From Nostoc sp. DedSLP01 (GTDB taxonomy: Bacteria > Cyanobacteriota > Cyanobacteriia > Cyanobacteriales > Nostocaceae): a DNA stretch of 21,751 bases. The position numbers and the translations under genes were made by a program. The stretch covers positions 1 through 21,751 of the forward strand of contig JAVRCJ020000070.1 of the NCBI GenBank assembly GCA_034530875.2, read 5' to 3'. The notes under the pieces were generated by a model. The model saw nothing but the letters and a program-made list of their open reading frames with translations. It did not search any database and was not told the DNA's origin. The stretch's first letter is position 1. Each line of letters begins with the position of its first letter. Below, piece after piece: positions 1 through 7,891 of this stretch.

Positions 1-77
1 ACCTGTTCGTAGGTCATTTATGCTACCCAACTCTCACTTACTTGTCCCATGCATCTAGGACTTTTGCAAGAGGTCTA
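1..77 (-). mobile_element. Left end (terminal repeat and first codons of the transposase) of an IS5-family, ISL2/IS702-like insertion sequence; runs off the window
   Basis: The minus strand reads TAGACCTCTTGCAAAAGTC (77-59), a terminal sequence I recognise from cyanobacterial IS5/ISL2-type elements. An ATG at 17-15 gives MTYEQV..., the typical N-terminus of those transposases. Family assignment is from memory, not from a search. Confidence 0.75.
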
Positions 78-156
78 CTCTTTTGGGTTCCTAATTTGTC
101 CGAACTCCAATTTCCCTGACTTCTGTAAGCAGTCAAGCTAATTTAGCAACAAGTTC

Positions 157-265
157 TAGTACCAAAGACGTTACAAGGCAAACCATTCAAAATTTAAAAA
201 GCTTACTCGATAAACTTTTTAAATTTTGAATCTTGCACAGCTGCACTAAACTTGCCTTTGGTATG
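157..265. repeat. Palindromic dispersed repeat / MITE-like element
   Basis: Perfect 17-bp inverted repeat ATTCAAAATTTAAAAAG (185-201) / CTTTTTAAATTTTGAAT (215-231), nested in outer complementary arms TACCAAAG (160-167) / CTTTGGTA (256-263). Resembles the TAGTAC...GGTACTA intergenic repeats of Nostoc genomes. Confidence 0.6.
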
Positions 266-423
266 GGAGTTGAAACATGGTTGAGTATATAAACCGATGG
301 TAAAACTCCGATATCAACAGACTTTCTTTGCCTGTTACCTGCTATAGATCGAAATCCTGCCAGTCTAAGTATGACGGCGATCGCTAATTACTTATGTATT
401 ACGTAAGCTTAAATACATATTTG

Positions 424-1743
424 CTACAAAAAAGTTAAAGCTTGACCGCGCACTTGCGTATTTACCCGCCCTTTATCGTAAACAATCTGACCGCCGACAA
501 TAGTCGTTACAGGCCAACCGGTCAGGTTCCAGCCTTCAAAAGGACTCCAACCGCATTTGGTTAACAGTTCTTCGCGTCGGACTGGACGGTATGTGTCTAA
601 ATCTACAAGCACTAAATCGGCATCGTAACCAGGTGCGATCGCTCCTTTATTCGGAATACCATAAGCTACGGCTACAGCTTTGGACATCCAATTCACAACT
701 TGGGCAAGGGTACACTTTCCCTGCATGGCCGCAGTTAACATCAAAGGTAGGGAAGTTTCCACCCCAGGCATTCCCGATGGCGTATTGGGATATTCTTGTG
801 CTTTTTCCTCTAAGGTGTGGGGTGCGTGATCTGTGGCGATAAAATCGATGACGCCATCGCGCAAAGCTTGCCACAAAACTTCATTATCGTGGGGCGATCG
901 CAAAGGTGGATTCATCTGTGCTAAAGTACCAATCTGTTGGTAGGCGCTGGTATTCAACAATAAATGCTGTGGCGTTACCTCTGCTGTAACCCAACTCGGT
1001 TTTTCCTGACGCAGTAACTCTGCTTCGTCGGCTGTTGATAGATGCAGAATATGTAGCCGACGTTGATATTTTTTAGAAAGTTTTAATGCCAGTTGTGTTG
1101 CCAACAAAGCAGCTTCATTGTCTTGAATTTGGGAATGAACGGCTACATCGTGAATATTGGCAAATTCTTGGCGTCTTTGGTTGATTCTGGCTTGATCTTC
1201 GGCATGAACGGCAATCAATCTGTCGCCTTTAGCAAATATAGCCTCCAGCGCTGTTTCGCCGTCAACCAGCAATTGACCATGCATCGACCCCATGAAAATT
1301 TTAATCCCTGGTGTAGGCTTGGCTAGAAGCAAATCGGGGAGATTCTCTGGTGTTGCCCCAATAAAAAAGCCATAATTAACCACACATTTTTGCGAGGCAC
1401 GTTTTAGCTTGTCGTCTAAAGCTTCCTGTGTTGTAGTCAAGGGGCGGGTATTGGGCATTTCCAAAAAAGAAGTCACTCCTCCTTTGGCGCAGGCACAACT
1501 GGCAGTGAATAAATCTTCTTTGTGTTCTAGTCCCGGTTCGCGGAAATGTACCTGCGGATCGATGACTCCTGGCAACAAAGTTAACCCTTGTGCGTCAATT
1601 TCTGTGGCTGCGGCTGTTTGGGAGATTTCTGGCGCAATTTCGACTATTTGGCCATCGCGCGTCAACACATCAGCGATCGTTAGCTCGCTATTGGGTAGGA
1701 TAATCTGAGCCTGGCGAATCAGTAAAATTTCTGGAGATGACAT
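424..1743 (-). CDS. pyrC: Dihydroorotase (amidohydrolase superfamily, long type)
   Basis: 439 aa with PGVIDPQVHFREPG, GGVT..EMPNT.P, HAED, H.LHLST, EVTPQHL, MNPPLR, ATDHAPH, GMPGVET and KCGWSPFEG motifs. Confidence 0.88.
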   Translation of the reverse strand: MSSPEILLIRQAQIILPNSELTIADVLTRDGQIVEIAPEISQTAAATEIDAQGLTLLPGVIDPQVHFREPGLEHKEDLFTASCACAKGGVTSFLEMPNTRPLTTTQEALDDKLKRASQKCVVNYGFFIGATPENLPDLLLAKPTPGIKIFMGSMHGQLLVDGETALEAIFAKGDRLIAVHAEDQARINQRRQEFANIHDVAVHSQIQDNEAALLATQLALKLSKKYQRRLHILHLSTADEAELLRQEKPSWVTAEVTPQHLLLNTSAYQQIGTLAQMNPPLRSPHDNEVLWQALRDGVIDFIATDHAPHTLEEKAQEYPNTPSGMPGVETSLPLMLTAAMQGKCTLAQVVNWMSKAVAVAYGIPNKGAIAPGYDADLVLVDLDTYRPVRREELLTKCGWSPFEGWNLTGWPVTTIVGGQIVYDKGRVNTQVRGQALTFL

Positions 1744-2059
1744 GAGGTTTAGCTATTCCAATTTAAAATTAAAAATCAGCAAATGTAATCTAGACAAGTA
1801 CTCTGGCTACTTCTGGAACCTTTTATTGGGCGACACCAGCTTATGTATTACAGACAACTATGTTTTTAGGTTAAACTTAGTCGCGCTCTAAGCGACGAAT
1901 TTTTGCGGAGCGCTAAAAAAAAGTTTATTTTTAATTTATGAAGAGCCTCGTGAAAATCCTAACCTAACTAGGCAATTAAAATTTTTCCGTTAAGATTAAC
2001 AGAGAAATTATTCTTAGTTTAGTTAATTACCTACCACTTTCTTTTAGTTAAGCAATTTC

Positions 2060-2713
2060 ATGCAAAATCAAGTGTCTGATAACAACTCTAGTCAACAACC
2101 TGATAATTCCTGGATCGCAGAGCTAGGTAGAACAATTGTATTAAGCATTGTTTTAGCTCTGGGAATTCGTACCTTTGTTGCTGAAGCACGCTGGATTCCT
2201 TCTGGCTCGATGGAACCAACTCTGCATGGTACGCCAAACCAATGGGAGGCAGATAAAATCATTGTCGATAAATTGAAGTATAAATTTGCCAACCCCCAAC
2301 GCGGAGATATTATCGTATTTTCCCCTACTTTAGAGTTACAAAAAGAACAATACCAAGACGCTTTTATTAAACGTGTAATTGGCTTACCTGGAGAAAAAGT
2401 ACAACTCAAGGATGGCAAAGTTTATATCAATAACAAACCCCTGCCAGAAAGCAATTATCTCAGTTCTGGGCAGACTACAGCTATTGATGTTTGCAAAGAT
2501 GCTCCCCAGCCGCGCTTTTTAGAAAAACCCCAAACCATACCAGTCGACTCCTATTTAGTATTAGGTGACAATCGTAACAGTAGCTACGACAGCCGTTGTT
2601 GGGGTGTTGTCCCCCGCCAGAATATTATTGGTCGTGCTGTATTTCGGTTCTGGCCGCTCAATCACATTGGTGGAATTGATAAAACACCGCTGTATCCACA
2701 ACCAACTCCATAA
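2060..2713 (+). CDS. lepB: Signal peptidase I
   Basis: One N-terminal TM helix, IPSGSMEPTL (catalytic Ser50), RGDIIVF, FIKRVIGLPGE (catalytic Lys), LGDNRNSSYDSRCWG. Confidence 0.96.
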   Translation: MQNQVSDNNSSQQPDNSWIAELGRTIVLSIVLALGIRTFVAEARWIPSGSMEPTLHGTPNQWEADKIIVDKLKYKFANPQRGDIIVFSPTLELQKEQYQDAFIKRVIGLPGEKVQLKDGKVYINNKPLPESNYLSSGQTTAIDVCKDAPQPRFLEKPQTIPVDSYLVLGDNRNSSYDSRCWGVVPRQNIIGRAVFRFWPLNHIGGIDKTPLYPQPTP

Positions 2714-2714
2714 A

Positions 2715-2766
2715 GGTCGTTAGTTATTAGTCATTGGTCATTTGTTACTGCTAACAAAAGACAAAG
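2715..2766. repeat. Short heptamer tandem repeats (STRR2-like, TTGGTCA/TTAGTCA) with an inverted arm
   Basis: GGTCGT-TAGTTAT-TAGTCAT-TGGTCAT-TTGTTAC followed by the complementary TAACAAA/GACAAA, directly after the lepB stop codon. Confidence 0.65.
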
Positions 2767-2856
2767 TGCAAGGTCTGTAACAACATCCCGCAAGCTGCGG
2801 AGGTTTGGGAGCATCAGACGCCACTAAGCTCTCAGCTACCAGACCCATCCAACGCA

Positions 2857-3507
2857 GTGAACCAACTTTATAAGACAGGACAAACCCAAAGAGAATATGA
2901 TATGCCCAGTATCAAACTGAAGAAGATTATAGAGGCTAGTGTAATACTAGTCTTCTGGACTCTTGGTGTGTATATCATTTTCTTTACTGAAAGACGCTGG
3001 ATTCCTTCTGGTGCGATGGAACCAACTCTGCATGGTACGCCAAACCAGTGGGAGGCAGACAAAATTGTTATTGATAAATTGAAGTATAAATTTTCTCCAC
3101 CAGACCGCGGAGATATTGTGGTTTTTTGGCCTACAGAAGAGCTACAAAAAGAACAATATCAAGATGCTTTTATTAAACGTGTAATCGGCTTACCTGGAGA
3201 AAAAGTAGAACTCAAAAATGGCAAAGTTAGCATCAACAATAAACCTCTCCCAGAAGAAAATTATCTAAGTTCTCAGCAGAGTACAGCTATTGATGTTTGC
3301 TTATCAACTTCGCGGCCGCCTTTCTTGGCGAAACCTCAAACCATACCAGCAAATTCGTATTTAGTACTAGGTGATAACCGTAACAGTAGCTACGATAGCC
3401 GCTGCTGGGGTGTTGTTCCCCGCCAGAATATTGTCGGTCGCGCTGTATTTCGTTTCTGGCCTCTCAACCACATTGGTGGAATTGATAAATCACCCCTGTA
3501 TCCATAA
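2857..3507 (+). CDS. lepB: Signal peptidase I paralogue with the catalytic Ser replaced by Ala (start may be the ATG at 2902 rather than the GTG at 2857)
   Basis: The core is nearly identical to the upstream gene (EPTLHGTPNQWEADKI, FIKRVIGLPGE, LGDNRNSSYDSRCWG) but reads IPSGAMEPTL. The N-terminus and TM segment are different. Confidence 0.9.
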   Translation: MNQLYKTGQTQREYDMPSIKLKKIIEASVILVFWTLGVYIIFFTERRWIPSGAMEPTLHGTPNQWEADKIVIDKLKYKFSPPDRGDIVVFWPTEELQKEQYQDAFIKRVIGLPGEKVELKNGKVSINNKPLPEENYLSSQQSTAIDVCLSTSRPPFLAKPQTIPANSYLVLGDNRNSSYDSRCWGVVPRQNIVGRAVFRFWPLNHIGGIDKSPLYP

Positions 3508-4029
3508 AAGCCTAAGAAAAGCCCTTAAGTTTTCCCTTTTAATCGAAAAGTATTGCCCTACGCCGTTATTTTGGCCTTATTTCTCAATATCTTTGCCAAT
3601 TATCGTCAAGCAACTTTACCAGAATAGTTTGTTGCATGGTCTTTTAAGAAATTTACAAAAATTAATAAAGCTAGAGCTTTTTATATGCAAAAATGAATAT
3701 TTCGCTAAAATCTAAAATATAAACTAAATTTTTTTTGATTTTTAAATTTGCAGTGTATATTTACATGAAAAATTAAAAATTGTTATAGCCACGATTTAAT
3801 TTTTTTTACAACTCCAAAGCTTTTAATAGAAGAAAATTAAGGCATTATAAAGTCAAAATTAAATATAGGATTGGGTGCTAATGGCAACCTGAATTTGAGA
3901 ATGGCATACTGTAACCGATTAGTTAAATTTGTGTTTATACATTGCCAGATAAAACAGAGCAAATTAAGGTGTAATTATCAAACCTGAAAATTTATATATT
4001 GGAGGAACTCAGCCACGTATGCAAGTATA

Positions 4030-4120
4030 TAAGTAGGTAGACAGAATTAAATGTAAAATGCTTATCTTTAGAAACTAGATACAATAAGTCTTTTTCATTC
4101 AGCCATCTGTCTTCTACTTA
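4030..4120. mobile_element. 91-bp MITE-like element with imperfect terminal inverted repeats and TA ends
   Basis: TAAGTAGGTAGACAGA (4030-4045) pairs with TCTGTCTTCTACTTA (4106-4120). The TAAGTAG...CTACTTA ends resemble a common Nostocales intergenic element. Confidence 0.55.
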
Positions 4121-4264
4121 AAATTAAAATTTACTGTTTTTTATATTACACGTATAAAATATGTCATAAGGTGAAACTACTATTCCACCGTAGTTATCCC
4201 GGAATAAAATGTAGTTAATATGGCATGAATACCCCTAATAAATCCTGGGGAAGATTAAAAAACA

Positions 4265-7200
4265 ATGTTATCCAAACTCCAGCCGATCGCATCTTTAAAT
4301 CGCTTAGTTGGCAAAGTGTATGCCCAGATGCCTCTAAGATATATTCTAATTGTGCCCTTCATATTACAAATTTGTGGGGCAGTAGGGCTTGTGGGCTATC
4401 TTTCATATCAAAACGGCCAAAAAGCAGTAAAAGAGCTTGCTGCTCAATTAGAAAATGAAATTTGCGATCGCATAGAACAACATCTCGATAATTATTTAAC
4501 AACTCCCAAGCAAATTAATAAAATTAATTTAGATGCAATCGACTTAAATTTGCTTCCTCTTTCTGATTTTGAAGTCACGGGAAATTACTTTTGGAAACAA
4601 ATGCGAGTTTTCGATATTGGCTACAGCAACTTTGCCAATACCAAAGGTGAATTTATCGGTGTTGAACGTCTCGATGATGGCAAACTTTTAATTAATGAAG
4701 TTACCAAAAAGCAAGGTATAGGAAAGCTTCACGTTTACACTACAAACAACCAAGGAAATCGCGAGTTTTTACAGGCAATCAAAGAATACGATCCTCGCGA
4801 AGAAGCATGGTATACAGATGCCGTCAAGGCGGGTAAACCAGTTTGGAGTCAAATTTATCAATGGGAAGATAAACCAGAAATTTTATCTATATCTTCGAGC
4901 TATCCGGTTTACGATCGCAATCGCCAACTTGTTGGAGTGATTGGTGTCGATTTAATTTTGTCACAACTGGGGAATTTTTTATCGCAGTTAAAGTTTAGAG
5001 ATTCGGGTAAAACATTTATATTAGAGCGTTCAGGATTAATAGTAGCTTCTTCTAGTGGCTTGCCATATAGTATCGCTAACGGTCAAGCCAAACGTTTATC
5101 GGGATTAGATAGCCAAGATCCTGTAATTCGATTCACAACGCAAGATTTAATCAAACGCTTTGGTAGTCTACAATCAATTGTGGGTAAAAAAGAGCTAAAT
5201 TTTACTGCCAATGGCGTAGATTATTTTGTGCAAGTAAAAAGTTGGCAGGATGATTTGGGATTGGATTGGCTAATTGTAGCAGTCATCCCAGAAGCTGAAT
5301 TTATGCAGCAAATTAACGAAAACTCTCGTACCACCATTATCCTGTGCATAGTTGCTTTTTTAGTTGCTACAGAAATTGGGATTTTGACTTCTCGGTGGGT
5401 AATTAAGCCGATTCTAGAATTAAACATCTCAGCCAAGAAAATTGCTGAAGGTAAATGGGAACATACAGCAGAAATTAATCGCTCTGATGAGTTGGGAGAA
5501 CTTGCCAAATCATTTGAAACAATGGCTCAGCAACTCGAAGCATCTTTTAGTGTTTTGGCAACAAAGAATGCCGAGATGCAAGTTTTAAATGAAGCGCTAT
5601 CTGAAAGTAAGAGTCGGCTGACTCAATTTTTAGAAGCGATGCCGGTAGGTGTATTTATTATAGATGCCGAAGGCAATCCTTACTACATAAATGAAATTGC
5701 TCAGGAAATTCTCGGTCAAGGAATAGTACCAGTGCCGTGCGAACAACTCTCAAAGGTATATCAAGCTTATCTTGCAGGTACAAATCAAATTTATCCTAGC
5801 GATCGCTTGCCGATTTTAAGAGCATTGCAAGGCGAAAGCCTTAGAATTGACGATATGGAAATTCGCCATCATCAAAAGAATATTCCCATTGAAGTTTTGG
5901 GAAAACCAATTTATGATGAATCGGGGAATTTGGCTTTTGCGATGGCTACATTTTTTGAGATTGAGCAACGCAAACAAGCAGAAAAGTTACTGGCAGAATA
6001 TAACCTCGTCTTAGAAGCTCAAGTCAAAAAACGTACAGACGAATTCCAGCAGCTGATTGAGCAATTACAAATCACCCAAGAACAACTGATTGAATCGCAA
6101 AAAATTGCCGCACATGAGAAACAAGTAGCCATCCGCGAAGCAGCACGCAGCGCCGCAGCCAATCTTGCCAAAAGCGAATTTCTCGCTAATATGAGCCACG
6201 AACTGCGTACCCCACTCAACGCGATTCTCGGTTTTACCCAAGTCATGAGTCGGGATTATTCGCTATCAGACGAACATCAAAAAAGTTTAGGAATAATTAA
6301 TCGTGCTGGCGAACATCTACTGAATTTAATTAATGACATTCTCGAAATGTCCAAAATTGAAGCTGGTAGAATCAGATTAAATCTCAGTAGCTTTGATTTA
6401 ATTCATTTGCTAAATAACTTAGAAGAAATGTTGCACTTACGTGCAGCATCGAAAAACTTAGAATTAGTATTTGAGTATCCACCAGACCTGCCTCAATACA
6501 TAGAAACTGACGAAAATAAACTGTCTCAAGTATTACTCAACCTATTGGGAAACGCCATTAAATTTACTGCTACTGGTACGGTAACATTACGGGTGAGGCT
6601 GGAGGCTGGAGAAAAAGATACGGAGACACAAAGACACGGAGACGCACTGATGCGAGGACACGGAGACACAATCGTATGGGGATGCTCAAAGATGGAGAGT
6701 TCTTTCACTGCCTCTCCCCATAACTACGTCAGTGCGTCTTCTTCATCTCCCAAACTTTTAATCTTCGAGGTAGAAGATACTGGTTGTGGTATTGCTCCAG
6801 AAGAAATTGATTTGCTGTTTGAGGCTTTTGAGCAAACCGAGGTCGGTAGAAAATCGCAACAAGGTACGGGACTAGGTTTGGCCATTAGTCGCAAATACGT
6901 ACAACTAATGGGAGGAGATATTACTGTCAGCAGTACTCCTGGTATAGGTAGTATATTTAGTTTTAATGTCCAGATTGCTCTGGCTTCTGCTAGAGAAATC
7001 CCGGCTAACCAAAATAAATACCAAACTCTGGCTTTAGCTGCCTGTGAAAAACCATGCCGCATTCTAGTGGTTGACGACTCCAAAGAAAGCCGTCTATTGC
7101 TAGTTAAGATTCTCACATCTATAGGTTTTGAAGTTCAAGAAGCTGCAAATGGTGTGGAAGCAATTGCCAATTGGCAATCCTGGCAACCACACTTAATTTT

Positions 7201-7891
7201 GATGGATATGCGAATGCCTGTTATGGACGGCTACGAAGCCACAAAAATCATTAAATCTGAAGATTTGGTGTATATGAAATCGGTCATGGAGCATAGAGAA
7301 AAAATTTTGTTAAGTGACGTTAACTCCCACAGTCCACCACTACTTACTAGTAACTTGAGTCCGAAGCCTTATACAACGGCAAGTTCCTCTCATTGCGACC
7401 CAAACTTCCTAACTGCCTTAGCTCCAGCTTGTGACTCGCCTACGATCGCCGAAGAACGCCCCCATCAGAGCACTATTATTATTGCCCTGACTGCTAGCGC
7501 TTTTGAGGAAGAACGCCAGCGAACTTTGTCAATTGGATGTGATGATTTTATTCGCAAGCCATTCACCCAGGAAGTATTATTAGAAAAACTGAGCGAACAT
7601 TTGGGTGTAAAGTATAACAGCCCAATACAAACCACAAATACAGCAGCTGTTGAGCAAACTACACAGATGTTTGCCAGCGTTGCTGAACTCCTGAGCCATT
7701 TATCACAAATGCCGCCTGAGTGGCTCCAACAGATACACTATGCTGCGGCCAGTTGTAGCGACGATCTGATTTTAGAGTTACTCAAGCAAATTCCAGCGGA
7801 TAAAAGTCAAATTTTCCACATTCTCAGGGATTTAGCGAATAACTATCAGTTTGAGAAAATCATGGAATTGACTAGAACAAAGATAGAATGA
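4265..7891 (+). CDS. Membrane-bound hybrid sensor histidine kinase (TM-dCache-TM-HAMP-PAS-HisKA-HATPase_c-REC)
   Basis: Two TM segments flank a Cache-like domain (YDPREEAWY). HAMP (DELGELAKSF), PAS, H-box SHELRTPLNAILGF, N-box NLLGNAIKFT, G1 DTGCGI, G2 GTGLGLAIS, and a receiver domain (VVDD...LMDMRMP...LTA...KPF). Confidence 0.95.
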   Translation: MLSKLQPIASLNRLVGKVYAQMPLRYILIVPFILQICGAVGLVGYLSYQNGQKAVKELAAQLENEICDRIEQHLDNYLTTPKQINKINLDAIDLNLLPLSDFEVTGNYFWKQMRVFDIGYSNFANTKGEFIGVERLDDGKLLINEVTKKQGIGKLHVYTTNNQGNREFLQAIKEYDPREEAWYTDAVKAGKPVWSQIYQWEDKPEILSISSSYPVYDRNRQLVGVIGVDLILSQLGNFLSQLKFRDSGKTFILERSGLIVASSSGLPYSIANGQAKRLSGLDSQDPVIRFTTQDLIKRFGSLQSIVGKKELNFTANGVDYFVQVKSWQDDLGLDWLIVAVIPEAEFMQQINENSRTTIILCIVAFLVATEIGILTSRWVIKPILELNISAKKIAEGKWEHTAEINRSDELGELAKSFETMAQQLEASFSVLATKNAEMQVLNEALSESKSRLTQFLEAMPVGVFIIDAEGNPYYINEIAQEILGQGIVPVPCEQLSKVYQAYLAGTNQIYPSDRLPILRALQGESLRIDDMEIRHHQKNIPIEVLGKPIYDESGNLAFAMATFFEIEQRKQAEKLLAEYNLVLEAQVKKRTDEFQQLIEQLQITQEQLIESQKIAAHEKQVAIREAARSAAANLAKSEFLANMSHELRTPLNAILGFTQVMSRDYSLSDEHQKSLGIINRAGEHLLNLINDILEMSKIEAGRIRLNLSSFDLIHLLNNLEEMLHLRAASKNLELVFEYPPDLPQYIETDENKLSQVLLNLLGNAIKFTATGTVTLRVRLEAGEKDTETQRHGDALMRGHGDTIVWGCSKMESSFTASPHNYVSASSSSPKLLIFEVEDTGCGIAPEEIDLLFEAFEQTEVGRKSQQGTGLGLAISRKYVQLMGGDITVSSTPGIGSIFSFNVQIALASAREIPANQNKYQTLALAACEKPCRILVVDDSKESRLLLVKILTSIGFEVQEAANGVEAIANWQSWQPHLILMDMRMPVMDGYEATKIIKSEDLVYMKSVMEHREKILLSDVNSHSPPLLTSNLSPKPYTTASSSHCDPNFLTALAPACDSPTIAEERPHQSTIIIALTASAFEEERQRTLSIGCDDFIRKPFTQEVLLEKLSEHLGVKYNSPIQTTNTAAVEQTTQMFASVAELLSHLSQMPPEWLQQIHYAAASCSDDLILELLKQIPADKSQIFHILRDLANNYQFEKIMELTRTKIE
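6610..6751. repeat. In-frame octamer-type (GACACGGA) repeat insertion with nested inverted arms in the kinase ATPase domain
   Basis: Repeated GACACGGA/GACACAAA/GACGCACT units. AGACGCACTGA (6640-6650) pairs with TCAGTGCGTCT (6729-6739), and TATGGGGA (6675-6682) pairs with TCCCCATA (6715-6722). Confidence 0.7.

Noticed and set aside
591..1708. Short ORFs overlapping pyrC (591-842, 647-874, 1093-1326, 1409-1708)
   Set aside because: Antisense or alternative-frame shadows of a well-supported gene, with no recognisable motifs.
3371..3715. 114-aa ORF overlapping the end of the second lepB
   Set aside because: Starts out of frame inside lepB and runs into AT-rich intergenic DNA; no motif.
3508..4264. 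Possible NtcA site or defined promoter in the AT-rich intergenic region
   Set aside because: I found no GTA-N8-TAC match by eye, and -10-like hexamers are uninformative at this AT content.
4225..4458. 77-aa ORF overlapping the kinase start
   Set aside because: Mostly an alternative frame of the kinase; no evidence of a frameshifted longer N-terminus.
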